NCBI GenBank assembly: GCA_964389675.1
Contig: CAYMEV010000001.1
Coordinates: 1-64,000 of the forward strand
Length of the DNA stretch: 64,000 nt
Direction: 5' to 3'
From: an uncultured Candidatus Sumerlaeota bacterium
GTDB lineage: Bacteria; CAYMEV01
Numbering within the stretch: position 1 is the first letter of the stretch; each line of letters opens with the position of its first letter. The notes under the pieces are model-generated. The model saw nothing but the letters and a program-made list of their open reading frames with translations. It was not told the DNA's origin and ran no database searches. The translations under genes and the position numbers were made by a program. Positions 1 through 9,795 of the stretch are shown piece after piece.

Positions 1-93
1 GGACCATTGAGATAAAGATGCCTGCCCATGGCTCATCAAGCCAGGTCAAACATTAAAAAAAGCCTGGCCTTTTAGAAGCTTATATATATAAAA

Positions 94-534
94 CTAGGAT
101 CCCTTTCTGTATAAAGGTTCATTAAAGAAGCATCTTCTGTCAAAGCGCCTTCTTATCCTGTATGAAATGAAATAGGTCAGGGGCCTGACCCTGTTGAAAA
201 TCTGATCAAGCAGAAGATGCAGTGAAAAGGAACTCAGCACAGCAAGCAAATAAACAGAAGGCAAAAATAAATAAACCACCCAGGAAAAGAAAATGAGCTC
301 CCATGAATGAAGGGGAAGGAATATCCTTTTGTGCTTCACCAGGCCATTCAGGCATTCTTTATAGAATTTGCTGAGATTAAGGTTTTTTTCCGAAACTATG
401 TATTCAACGAGATGGTCGATGTCAGGCAGTACGGAAAATGCAATGGCTGCTCCTGATATTGTGAGGCTTCCGGTTGCTGCATAAAAGATGCCTGCAAGAG
501 GCAGAGATGATATTAGATGCTCCTGAGGCTTCAA
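94..534 (-). CDS. Membrane-bound metal-dependent hydrolase-like protein (YdjM-like)
   Basis: Hydrophobic 146-aa ORF with N-terminal His, LPDIDH, LHSWE and LHLLLD motifs; last gene of the mpl operon. Confidence 0.55.
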   Translation of the reverse strand: MKPQEHLISSLPLAGIFYAATGSLTISGAAIAFSVLPDIDHLVEYIVSEKNLNLSKFYKECLNGLVKHKRIFLPLHSWELIFFSWVVYLFLPSVYLLAVLSSFSLHLLLDQIFNRVRPLTYFISYRIRRRFDRRCFFNEPLYRKGS

Positions 535-557
535 AAGATATTCCTTTTCTCAATCAG

Positions 558-1928
558 TCAGGAATCTTTGCAGTTCTGCTGGATCATACCCTTCAGCCCG
601 CCCATGGAGCCGCTGGAAAATAAAACTACAATATCATAGCCGGCAAGTTTCTGCAGTATGGACACTGTATCTGTCTCTATTCTGCATTCAATGTTGCTTG
701 AATTTAAAAATTTCTTAATATCAATGAGGTCCAGCGGGTCTTTCACCTTCTTTAATTCCCTGTTATCAAATATAATCAGTGAATCAACCGAAAGAAAAGC
801 ATTCTTGTACTGCTCAATAAAGACATTTGTCCGTGTTGTATTTGTCTTCGGTTCAAAGACTGCCATTACAGACTTTCCCGGATATGAATATCTCAGCGCT
901 TCGACTGTTTTTTGTATGGCGGTGGGGTGATGGCCGAAATCATCAAAAAAGAGAGTTTTATCATTTTCATAAAAAAGCTCCAGCCTTCTTTTGACACCCC
1001 CGAAAGAAGAAATTGCATCCCTTGCCACTGATTCTTCTATGCCTATATGCCTGGCAAGGAGATAGGCCGCAGTACAGTTCAATGCATTGTGAATACCTTT
1101 AAGCCTTGAATCAAGATGTATCCTGTCATCTATTACAATACCGTTTTTTAGTTTCACTGTATGATTATTGTGCGGCCTGATACCGTAGGTTTCAATATTC
1201 AGCCAGGGATAATGCTCGATGACTTTCTGGACAGATGGATAATCACCGCAGGCAATCAGATACCCGTTTCTGGGAATGGTCCTTACAACCTGATGAAAAG
1301 CATATTCTACCCTGGAAATATCAGGATATATATCTGTATGGTCCAGTTCAATGCTGGTAAGAATGAGAACACTGGGGGCATAGTGAACAAATTTCGGCCT
1401 CTTGTCAAAAAAGGATGTATCGTATTCATCTCCCTCTAAAACTATATAGCCGCCTTTTCCCAGACGGGCCCCTGTATTGAAATCCTCAGGTATGCCTCCA
1501 ATAATAAAATCAGGATCAAGACCTGCTTTGAAGAGAATATAGGATATGAGTGAAGACAGGGTTGTCTTGCCGTGTGTCCCTGCAATTACTATTGATTTTT
1601 TATCAAATATGTGAACAGCTTTTAACAGCTCCGGAAAGCTTGTATAGGGCAGCCTGTCAGAAAGGACCTTTTCAAGTTCGGCATTGCCCCGCGAGATCGC
1701 ATTTCCTATAACAAAAAGGCTGTCCCTGTTATTGGATATGTTTGATGCATCATAGGGCATAAGCACTTCAATGCCGTGAGAATGTAAAAAATCAGACATG
1801 GGCGGGTATACAGCATTATCGCTTCCCATGATGCTGTATCCCTTCTGTTTGAAAAAAATTGCTGCATTTCCCATACCTGTACCACATATGCCAAGGAAAT
1901 AGAGTTTTCTTTTATCAAATATTGTCAT
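558..1928 (-). CDS. mpl: Murein peptide ligase (UDP-MurNAc:L-Ala-gamma-D-Glu-mDAP ligase)
   Basis: GICGTGMG, GNAISRGN, AGTHGKTT, EGDEYDTSFFDKRPKF and DDFGHHPTAI motifs typical of Mpl. Confidence 0.88.
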   Translation of the reverse strand: MTIFDKRKLYFLGICGTGMGNAAIFFKQKGYSIMGSDNAVYPPMSDFLHSHGIEVLMPYDASNISNNRDSLFVIGNAISRGNAELEKVLSDRLPYTSFPELLKAVHIFDKKSIVIAGTHGKTTLSSLISYILFKAGLDPDFIIGGIPEDFNTGARLGKGGYIVLEGDEYDTSFFDKRPKFVHYAPSVLILTSIELDHTDIYPDISRVEYAFHQVVRTIPRNGYLIACGDYPSVQKVIEHYPWLNIETYGIRPHNNHTVKLKNGIVIDDRIHLDSRLKGIHNALNCTAAYLLARHIGIEESVARDAISSFGGVKRRLELFYENDKTLFFDDFGHHPTAIQKTVEALRYSYPGKSVMAVFEPKTNTTRTNVFIEQYKNAFLSVDSLIIFDNRELKKVKDPLDLIDIKKFLNSSNIECRIETDTVSILQKLAGYDIVVLFSSGSMGGLKGMIQQNCKDS

Positions 1929-3286
1929 TTATCATCAGGATCACGCTTGTTTGAAGCAAGCTGGAATACTTCATTATCTTTTACAGCATCTTCCAGAAGC
2001 CTGTTAAGTGTCTTTTCAGCCTGAAGGTCAGTCATCTCCAGGCCTGACGGATAAAGGACAAGGAAGCCTGCATAAAGGCCTATATCGCCATAGCTTTTTT
2101 TAATTGCATTGCTTATTCTTTTTATCGGGATCTCTGAAAACTCCTCTGAAATATTGGGAAGCAGTATGGCAAACCTGTTATCTGAAAATCTGAAAAGCTT
2201 ATCAAGTTTCCTCAATGAAGAACCGAGCATGCTGACTATATCCCTGACCACTATGTCACCCTTTTCATAGCCAAAGGTATTATTTATTATCATTAATCCC
2301 TTTATTTCAATGAGACCAACACCAAGCGGGTAATTAAAGCGGAACGACCTTTCCAGCTCTTCTGCAAATATGGTTTTGAAAAACCTGTAATTGGGCAGGC
2401 CTGTGAGCTTATCCTTGATTACCATCTCCTCTACGGTCTTCATATTATTATTTGTCATTGTAATGTAGGACAGAAAGGCGGATAATCCTTCCAGTGCCTC
2501 GCTCTCATGGTAGGTATAGCTGTCAAGACAGTCTATGAGTATTGCGCCATAAAATGTATTTTTGTGGTAAATAGACATAAAAAGTGTTGTATCGATATTG
2601 CATATCTGACTGCTGTAAAAGGGCTTTAAGGTCTCATTCCTCAGATCATTCAGATGCCCGGCCCTCTGGCCTGAATGCAGATAGATATCTGATACAGCAG
2701 AGATTATATGGGTACTTTTGTTTATCTTTTCGACCTGATCTTCCTTGAAGCAGTTGGAAAAGACAATTGAGGGAATTTCATCCCTTAAAAAGAAGATATT
2801 TATACGGCTGTTCGGAAAGAATTTCTCGAGAATCGATGACAGTTCCCTGAAGTATCTTTCAAAAGGGAGTATGAATGCATTGTTAAAAACATCATAACAT
2901 AAGAAACAGAACCTGAAAAATGCAGATTTCTTGCTGTCCTTATTCTCTTCCTTCAGTGTTTTATAGAAATTTTCGCAGAATTCACTGTCATTGATCGAGA
3001 AATCTTCCGAGACCCATATGCCACCGAATATACCTACAGTTGAATTCAGTGCTATGAAATATTGTTCCTTAAAATCAAAATGGAAGTACTCGAATTCGCT
3101 GAAGTAGGATTTCAGAAACGGCTTAGAAACTCCAAAGACCTTAAAAATAGCAATATCCCTGTATCTTAAGGACATATACCCTATATCCTCTATATCCTTT
3201 GATTTCTTGTCAAGGAAGGATGACAGCCCAAGATAGTAATTATGGGATAAAGTAAAGAGCAATAAGCTTTCCTGCATAATTTTCAC
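1925..3286 (-). CDS. GAF-like plus degenerate GGDEF domain protein
   Basis: DKLTGLPN, INNTFGYEKGD and RKLD-x5-SDNRF at the GGDEF position; GAF-like segment upstream. Confidence 0.75.
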   Translation of the reverse strand: MKIMQESLLLFTLSHNYYLGLSSFLDKKSKDIEDIGYMSLRYRDIAIFKVFGVSKPFLKSYFSEFEYFHFDFKEQYFIALNSTVGIFGGIWVSEDFSINDSEFCENFYKTLKEENKDSKKSAFFRFCFLCYDVFNNAFILPFERYFRELSSILEKFFPNSRINIFFLRDEIPSIVFSNCFKEDQVEKINKSTHIISAVSDIYLHSGQRAGHLNDLRNETLKPFYSSQICNIDTTLFMSIYHKNTFYGAILIDCLDSYTYHESEALEGLSAFLSYITMTNNNMKTVEEMVIKDKLTGLPNYRFFKTIFAEELERSFRFNYPLGVGLIEIKGLMIINNTFGYEKGDIVVRDIVSMLGSSLRKLDKLFRFSDNRFAILLPNISEEFSEIPIKRISNAIKKSYGDIGLYAGFLVLYPSGLEMTDLQAEKTLNRLLEDAVKDNEVFQLASNKRDPDDK

Positions 3287-4461
3287 CTGTAAATCATAAT
3301 ATTTTTGATCTCATTTTTAAATTCATTTTCATAAGCTTTCCATTCCCCAGTGATATTATCAGTCTTTACTCCCTTTTCAAGATATTTTCTTGTTTTCCCG
3401 GAGCCTGTGAGCATATCAAAGGCGATAATATCCTCTCTGTACTCATATCTTTCTTTTCTCCAGGCAAACATGCCAGGATAAAGCCTTATAAGTGTGCTAA
3501 TTATATTTAAGTAAAAGTCAACGGGCCTGAAATTATACCTGTCATCTACAGCAATCTCTATCCCGCCGCATATCTCATTTTTATATTTGCTGAACATGGG
3601 GCGGAAATATACAGGTTTGAAAAGAATCCCTGGATTATCAGTATTCTTCAATTCTCTGCAAAATACATCCGGTTTTATAAAGGGTGCCCCTATAAGAGAA
3701 AAGGGCCTGGTAGTACCTCTGCCTTCCGAAATATTTGTACCCTCAATAAGGCATGCACCCGGATAAAGGATCGCTGTTTCAAGTACAGGCATGTTTGGTG
3801 ATGGATAGCCCCATGGAATTCCTGTCTGATCATAAAACATACCCCGGCTGTAGTTCTGCATTGAAATAATTTTCAGATTTATATCAAGTCCGAGCTTCTC
3901 TTTTATATAAAGAGCAAATTCCCCTATTGTAAGCCCATATATAATAGGTATTGAATATTCTCCCACAAAAGATTCGAATCCATTCTGGACAGGCGGCCCG
4001 GTAATACTCATCGGCATAATAGGGTTGGGCCTGTCGAGGATTATAATCTCTGAACAGTCTCCTGAAAATATTTTCATCAATCTGTAAAGCGACCACAGAA
4101 ATGTGTAGTACCTGCTTCCGACATCCTGAACATCATATATTACTGAGGAATTCTCAAATACGTATTTTTTATCAATATCCAGGCTTTTTTCTTGCTCATT
4201 ATAGATGCTTATAACGGGTATATCATAATATGGATGGCGGTTATCTGAAAATGTTTCCATGTCCTGGAAAAAGCCGTATAATCCATGCTCGGGGGCTATC
4301 AGATAATCAATTTTCATGCCCTCTTTTATCAGGCTGTCGAGGGTTGGGATATATTCTGAGTTAAATGATGACTGATTGCACACAAACAGGACCTTATTTT
4401 CCGCATCTGGCCATTTGTCCTGAGAATATGCAAAGATATCGCTTCCAGGAGATGTTTTCAT
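3283..4461 (-). CDS. namZ: Exo-beta-N-acetylmuramidase NamZ family (DUF1343)
   Basis: APEHG, DVQDVGSRYYT, LDRPNP, PSPNMP and EGTNISEGRGTTRPF motifs. Confidence 0.88.
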   Translation of the reverse strand: MKTSPGSDIFAYSQDKWPDAENKVLFVCNQSSFNSEYIPTLDSLIKEGMKIDYLIAPEHGLYGFFQDMETFSDNRHPYYDIPVISIYNEQEKSLDIDKKYVFENSSVIYDVQDVGSRYYTFLWSLYRLMKIFSGDCSEIIILDRPNPIMPMSITGPPVQNGFESFVGEYSIPIIYGLTIGEFALYIKEKLGLDINLKIISMQNYSRGMFYDQTGIPWGYPSPNMPVLETAILYPGACLIEGTNISEGRGTTRPFSLIGAPFIKPDVFCRELKNTDNPGILFKPVYFRPMFSKYKNEICGGIEIAVDDRYNFRPVDFYLNIISTLIRLYPGMFAWRKERYEYREDIIAFDMLTGSGKTRKYLEKGVKTDNITGEWKAYENEFKNEIKNIMIYR

Positions 4462-5634
4462 TTATAAAATCTCCCTTATCAGTGACATATAAAGGTCTAT
4501 CTCGCCAAACATCGGAGGTTTTAACCGTACACCTTTCTTGCTTATGCTTAAAGATCTTAAATCGCTGTTAAATCTCTCAGATGAAAAATAGCTTATATCG
4601 GGATTCTCAATAATTTCAAGATTTATATATCTTTTTGACTCTGAAATAATTGTCTCTGTCTCTATAAAATCCAGCCTGTCGGCCAGCAGGACCTTCCTGT
4701 TGAAAATAATAGCCTGTGATAAGAGGTTATAGCCCGGCTTTCCCAGTATAATGTCACATCCTGCAACAGCTTCTTCAAAGTCGCAATCATCCTCATTTAT
4801 ATACATGATCCTTTTGCTGTCGTTATTTTTTTTGTTAAATCTGTCCCAGACGACAAAGGAGATATCCCTGTCAAACATGGAGGGATCAAGCCTGAAATCA
4901 AGATATCCCTGGATATCAAGTGAATCAAAGACATAGGTCTTTTCAGGACTCATATCAAGCATTTTCCTGATCCTGCCGCCCATATGTTTTGATCTTCTTG
5001 TTATAAAGCCTACAGGCTGCATCCTGGTATTAAGCCTGAATTTAAGGGAAAGAGGGAGCTGAAAATATATTTCTGCCATATTATAGCAGTCCAGCAGAAA
5101 AAATATATCGCTCTTATAAACATTACAGCCCTTCTGAAAATAATCAAAGAATACCTCCTCCCATGTAAAATTTCCGAGAATATAACAGGGGATTCCGGCC
5201 AGGCCAGCTGCAGCAGCAGGGATAAAACCTATGTCAGTTATTATAAAATCAAATTTGTTTTCCTTGAGAAATTTCTTTTCTATATCTATCAGAGCATCTG
5301 ATTTATGGACAAAATCACGGAAATTATCAACTGTACTGGCAATATTTATCGAAAAATTCAGGCCGGTCTCTATCTTCAGGTCAAATTCCCTGCATTCAAC
5401 ACTGATATGCTTTAAGAAAGGGTCTCTTTCTATAATTGCGGCATGCGCTGGTTCGTTTAGAACTATAGTAATATCAAATTCAATTTCTTTGCTGTTCTTT
5501 ACAGGCGGATAATATACCTGATCAGAAGGAAAATCCTTTATTTTTTTCAGGATAAGGAATCTTACAAGGGCTAATGATCTGATAAGGTGCCCAAAACCAT
5601 GACCTGATATATAATATGCAAACTTAATGGCCAT
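4462..5634 (-). CDS. GT-B glycosyltransferase-like protein (resembles arabinokinase N-terminal domain)
   Basis: YYISGHGFGH N-terminus, GNFTW, and GKPGY motif. Confidence 0.65.
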   Translation of the reverse strand: MAIKFAYYISGHGFGHLIRSLALVRFLILKKIKDFPSDQVYYPPVKNSKEIEFDITIVLNEPAHAAIIERDPFLKHISVECREFDLKIETGLNFSINIASTVDNFRDFVHKSDALIDIEKKFLKENKFDFIITDIGFIPAAAAGLAGIPCYILGNFTWEEVFFDYFQKGCNVYKSDIFFLLDCYNMAEIYFQLPLSLKFRLNTRMQPVGFITRRSKHMGGRIRKMLDMSPEKTYVFDSLDIQGYLDFRLDPSMFDRDISFVVWDRFNKKNNDSKRIMYINEDDCDFEEAVAGCDIILGKPGYNLLSQAIIFNRKVLLADRLDFIETETIISESKRYINLEIIENPDISYFSSERFNSDLRSLSISKKGVRLKPPMFGEIDLYMSLIREIL

Positions 5635-5751
5635 ACCTATCGCTTTATTAATCTTATTTTCTGAACTGCTTTTAGATCGCTTATTACTGAATAAAGAATG
5701 ATCCTGTCATGGAATTTTCAAAGCTGTACTCATCATAATACAGAAATAAGT

Positions 5752-6807
5752 CTAAATTAATTTTGCACCGCAGTTAAAGCAGAACTTGCTCCCCGGTATT
5801 TTCTTGGCTTTACATTTGGGGCACTGGTCCTCATCTGAAAGCTTATTGCCGCAGTTCTGGCAGAATTTTGCATCCCTCGGATTTTTGGTCCCGCATTCTG
5901 TGCAGTAGATAAATGCTTCCTTTTCAGGAGCTGCCTGTTCAGCCCCATCAGCCTGGGATCCCTGTGCTGCCTGATTCATCATCTGCGGAAACATCATTCC
6001 AAAGCCTGCACCAAATCCCATGCTCATGGCAGAGCCTCCTTCAGAAGGATTGTTTGCCATATCCGTCATTGCATTGGCTGTCTTATACTGCATATACTTA
6101 TTCATATCACCAATCGCAGCCATGCTTGACCTCTCATCAATAATCTTCTGTACCTCTTCTGGAGGAGTAATCGCCTGTATGAACAGGTCTATAAGATCTA
6201 TGCCATACTTCAGAAAATCATCTTTCAGCCTCAGCTTCAGGACTGATCCCAGATTATCGTACATTACAGGAAGGTCAAAAATACTCTTTAGCGCTTCGCC
6301 TAAAACAGTATTCAGCCTGCTGACGATAACATCCTTAAGATATGCTTCAACAGCTCCTGAGGTAAACTTGTTCTGGGTAGCCATGGTATTTATAAAAAGC
6401 ATGGAATCAACAACTTTAACGGTAAAGTTTCCGAATGCCCTAAGTCTCACAGCCTTAAGCTCATTATCCCTGAAATAGATTGGCTGTTTTGTACCCCATT
6501 TCATATCGGTAAAAACATGCTTGTTAATGAAAAATACAGCTGCCCTGAAAGGAGACTTTGAGCCGAAAGGAATTGAAAGGAGCCTGGTAATTACAGGGAG
6601 ATTCAGAGTGGATAGAGTATGCCTTCCCGGCTTGAAAATGTCGAGCGCTTTGCCGTCCCTGAAAAATATGGCCTCCTGGTTTTCCTGTACTATGAGCTGT
6701 GCCCCAAATTTAATATCCGCACTGCCTGATGGCGGGATCCTGTATACTATATTATTTCCTGATGGATCAAAATATTCAAGTATTTCAATCACCATGCCTA
6801 CCTCCAA
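5752..6807 (-). CDS. SPFH domain protein with C-terminal double zinc ribbon (YdjI-like)
   Basis: QLIVQENQEAIF, PGRHTL, KWGT; GMG-rich linker; four CxxC pairs at C-terminus. Confidence 0.85.
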   Translation of the reverse strand: MEVGMVIEILEYFDPSGNNIVYRIPPSGSADIKFGAQLIVQENQEAIFFRDGKALDIFKPGRHTLSTLNLPVITRLLSIPFGSKSPFRAAVFFINKHVFTDMKWGTKQPIYFRDNELKAVRLRAFGNFTVKVVDSMLFINTMATQNKFTSGAVEAYLKDVIVSRLNTVLGEALKSIFDLPVMYDNLGSVLKLRLKDDFLKYGIDLIDLFIQAITPPEEVQKIIDERSSMAAIGDMNKYMQYKTANAMTDMANNPSEGGSAMSMGFGAGFGMMFPQMMNQAAQGSQADGAEQAAPEKEAFIYCTECGTKNPRDAKFCQNCGNKLSDEDQCPKCKAKKIPGSKFCFNCGAKLI

Positions 6808-6812
6808 TCGCC

Positions 6813-7307
6813 TTATTGAAAGCTGTTTATTACATTTTCTCTGGATTTCCAGTCAGATTCAATATCCATTACAATAGAACGTATTTCATCAATTTTTGAA
6901 CTGAAATCCTTTTCCTCTGTTTTCCATACATCACTGATCCTTTCCTCAAGGTTATCAATAGCCTTAAGAAAGTTCCTGTCAAAATTATACAATTTCTCCA
7001 GTTCTTCCTCATAAATCTTATTTGCTCCAAAAAGGCCTGCAAATCCCCTTGATGAATAGAGTACACTGTTTGATAATCTGTCCAGTATGGAACTTATATT
7101 GTCGAGACGTGACATATAATCGAAGATGCCCTTCTGCATTATTTCAGACTTCATCTCATCTATTCTGTCCTTTAGCTTATAAAGGTTTTTAGATATGTAC
7201 TCCCTGAGGCTTTTGTCTGTATCTCTGCTTTTTTCCCTGTCCAGATACCCCCCATATCCGGGTATCTTTGAGGCAATATTTTCAATAGTCTCAATGAAAT
7301 CAGACAT
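6813..7307 (-). CDS. Conserved hypothetical helical protein
   Basis: 164-aa ORF with AAGGAG RBS and KIPGYGGY motif; stop codon 5 nt before the SPFH gene start. Confidence 0.7.
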   Translation of the reverse strand: MSDFIETIENIASKIPGYGGYLDREKSRDTDKSLREYISKNLYKLKDRIDEMKSEIMQKGIFDYMSRLDNISSILDRLSNSVLYSSRGFAGLFGANKIYEEELEKLYNFDRNFLKAIDNLEERISDVWKTEEKDFSSKIDEIRSIVMDIESDWKSRENVINSFQ

Positions 7308-7339
7308 ATATCCACTCCTTAATGTGATTCGTTTATAGA

Positions 7340-7424
7340 TACCCGGGGTCGGACTTGAACCGACACGGATAATGAATCCGAGGGATTTTAAGTCCCTTGT
7401 GTCTACCTATTCCACCACCCGGGC
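7340..7424 (-). tRNA. tRNA-Leu (anticodon TAA), CCA not encoded
   Basis: Reverse complement GCCCGGGTGGTGGAATAGGTAGACAC...GGACTTAAAATCC...GGTTCAAGTCC...CCCGGGTA: acceptor stem, D loop, long variable arm, T loop. Confidence 0.96.
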
Positions 7425-7456
7425 ATAACCAAAAAGCTGAGTAAATTCCGTATCAT

Positions 7457-7485
7457 AGGCTATTAAAATTGCCGTAGATTGTCAA
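7457..7485 (-). promoter_or_regulatory. Putative sigma70 promoter of tRNA-Leu
   Basis: TTGACA-N17-TAGCCT on minus strand. Confidence 0.45.
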
Positions 7486-7519
7486 GCAAAAAATAATTTC
7501 TGTATGGCATAATTTTAAT

Positions 7520-7548
7520 TTGACTAAATAGAATTCATGTATTAAAAT
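7520..7548 (+). promoter_or_regulatory. Putative sigma70 promoter
   Basis: TTGACT-N17-TAAAAT upstream of the 7670 gene. Confidence 0.5.
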
Positions 7549-7669
7549 ATTTTCATGTTTTTGTTTATATGGACTTGTTTTTATAAACTGGATGATCAGT
7601 CTGCCTATTCTGGCCTTTCAGTTCCAGGAAACTATTTATAATAGAATTATTTTTAAGGAGTATATGCAA

Positions 7670-8599
7670 ATGTCTGAAAAATTTTTTAGAAAGCTGGCCC
7701 CTTCAACTGTCAGAGAAATTGCCAAGGCACTTGATATCTCGCTGCGTAATAAATCGGAAGAGGATTTATTTGAACTCGTTACCCTCCATTATATGGAAGA
7801 TAATGCAAAATTCTGGGAGCCTCTCAATCTTAAGGTATTAAGCTCCATAGCAGCTGATATAGGTTTGCCTCTTATGGGAGGCGAAGAGGCGGATGCCATT
7901 TCCTACATGATTCAGAATATTATTACAACAGAAGAATCAGAAGAATCAGAATCTGAAGAAGAGGAATTCAAGCCGGAAAGCCTTACACAGGATGAAGAAG
8001 GGCAGGAAAACCTGGATGAGAAGCTTGATTCAGCAATAGGCCTTGAAGTTGATGATATATCAGAGCAGGAAGAAGACTCGGCCAAAGAGGGCAAATCTAA
8101 AACAAAAGAGGAAAAAAGCCCGGAAACTGTTGAAATGACAGAAGAAGAAAAAAATCAAAATATTAAATCTAAAGAAGAAACAGGAGGTAATAAAGAAAAA
8201 ACCATGAGCCTAAAAGCAAATCTTAGAAAATTAAGGGGCAGGAGTGAAGAGGGCAGAGCTATTAAAGACAAGATTATCAAAACCATACATGACATATCAA
8301 CAGAAGTGGAAGGCAATGTGGACATTTTCACTGATGGATATTATTATGAAACTTATGAACTTAGAATACCAGGATCCAAGATCCGCTTCTTCTTTCTGGC
8401 CAATAAGCATAATGAAGCACCTATCAGGCTTCGTGCATTCAGCATTGCAGAAAAGGGCCAAAGCATCGGAGATTCCTCATCAGAGTTAATGCTCGAAACT
8501 TTCGAGAGCCTTAATGATGATGAGATAAAAGCATGGCTGGAAGAAAGGATCAACTATTTTGCAGAAGAAGGGCTCAAATTAACTGATCAGGACTTATAA
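7670..8599 (+). CDS. Hypothetical protein with acidic low-complexity linker
   Basis: Long ORF; start moved from 7592 to the ATG after AAGGAG (7655-7660); E/S/K-rich middle. Confidence 0.75.
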   Translation: MSEKFFRKLAPSTVREIAKALDISLRNKSEEDLFELVTLHYMEDNAKFWEPLNLKVLSSIAADIGLPLMGGEEADAISYMIQNIITTEESEESESEEEEFKPESLTQDEEGQENLDEKLDSAIGLEVDDISEQEEDSAKEGKSKTKEEKSPETVEMTEEEKNQNIKSKEETGGNKEKTMSLKANLRKLRGRSEEGRAIKDKIIKTIHDISTEVEGNVDIFTDGYYYETYELRIPGSKIRFFFLANKHNEAPIRLRAFSIAEKGQSIGDSSSELMLETFESLNDDEIKAWLEERINYFAEEGLKLTDQDL

Positions 8600-8626
8600 T
8601 CGCATCTTATTTTAAGGAGTTTTATT

Positions 8627-9757
8627 ATGGAAACCAAAGAACTGGAAAAGCTGTCATCTGAAACAAATGCACAGATAACAAAGCTTGAATCAGATAAAGC
8701 CGGACTTGTACAAAAATTAGGCGAAGAATGCTCATCGCTGCCCAAAAAGGATATAAAGAATTCCAGGCTGAAGGATATAATTCAGGAAATTGAGCAAAGC
8801 CAGAAGGATATTAAAGCTGCAAACAAGGTAATAGAAAGTATCAGGCAAAAGAAGCTTGAGATAGAAAAACTTGATCAGGAACTAAAGGAAATAAGGGATA
8901 AGATAGATGAACTCAACCTTGTATTCGATGAAAAACAGTCTGCCATAGGCAGGGAATTCTACAGTCTGATACATGACAATCCTGATTACAGCACATTTAA
9001 GGACCTTTATGCAGACTATGAGAATACAAAAAAGGAAATATCAGATCTTCAGGAAAATTTAAGAGCTACTGAGGAAGAAGAGAAAGGGTTTTTCAAGAAG
9101 ATCAAAGAAAAATTCAATGTGATGATCATTAAAAATAATATTAAGACGAAAGAAAAAGAGCTGAACAATCTATATCCGGTTATCGGCAGAAACCTGATCC
9201 AGGGCGACTTTTTTGAAAAATTGAATGAACCTGAACATAAGGAACTCAAAAAACTCATTATTGACACCAAATCAAAGCTGGCAAAACAGCAGAGAGATGA
9301 AAAGGACAATATAATGCTCAAGGAGAAAAAGTCGGATGAGCTTGCCCAGATGATCCAGCATAATCAGCCTGAAGCCTTTATAAAGGAAAAGGAAAATGAA
9401 ATAAAGGCAATTGAAAAGGATGTATACCAGAAATATGCTGATGCCGGCCAGCTTATCTATGACAAGAAAATGACTGAACTTATCCAGAAAAAGGAGCATA
9501 AAGACATTTTCAATTCCATTGCAGAGATTGATAAGAATATAGGCAAGAAGAATCAGGAAATCGAGCAGATAAGCTTTGCAATTGAATATATCAACAAGAA
9601 TAAGATCCTTGCTGAACTTAAGAACAAAGAAGAAAGGATAAATAATATAATCGAACAGAACAAGCAGGAATTGAAGGCTATTCAGAATCAAATATCAGAA
9701 ACTGAAAAACAGGTAGAGATTACCAAAAACAGTGCGGGCAACTTTATTGAGATGTAA
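8627..9757 (+). CDS. Long coiled-coil protein
   Basis: 376 aa, K/E/Q/I-rich heptad pattern, AAGGAG RBS. Confidence 0.75.
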   Translation: METKELEKLSSETNAQITKLESDKAGLVQKLGEECSSLPKKDIKNSRLKDIIQEIEQSQKDIKAANKVIESIRQKKLEIEKLDQELKEIRDKIDELNLVFDEKQSAIGREFYSLIHDNPDYSTFKDLYADYENTKKEISDLQENLRATEEEEKGFFKKIKEKFNVMIIKNNIKTKEKELNNLYPVIGRNLIQGDFFEKLNEPEHKELKKLIIDTKSKLAKQQRDEKDNIMLKEKKSDELAQMIQHNQPEAFIKEKENEIKAIEKDVYQKYADAGQLIYDKKMTELIQKKEHKDIFNSIAEIDKNIGKKNQEIEQISFAIEYINKNKILAELKNKEERINNIIEQNKQELKAIQNQISETEKQVEITKNSAGNFIEM

Positions 9758-9784
9758 GGGGGAAGGGATTCCCCCTCTCTTTCT
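9757..9784 (+). terminator. Putative intrinsic terminator
   Basis: AGGGGGAA-ggga-TTCCCCCT stem followed by a pyrimidine tract. Confidence 0.55.
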
Positions 9785-9795
9785 GCAGTTATAGA

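Noticed and set aside
1-56. Possible 3' end of a plus-strand CDS (TIEIKMPAHGSSSQVKH*)
   Set aside because: Too short to support or identify
7930-7965. GAAGAATCA short tandem repeat
   Set aside because: Encodes an EES low-complexity linker; not CRISPR or a mobile repeat
8181-8205. Internal start (AGGAGG then ATG at 8203) in the 7670 gene
   Set aside because: Spacing of about 16 nt is too long for a convincing RBS
7340-9757. Integrated element at tRNA-Leu
   Set aside because: No integrase, no duplicated tRNA 3' end noticed, and flanking genes look chromosomal
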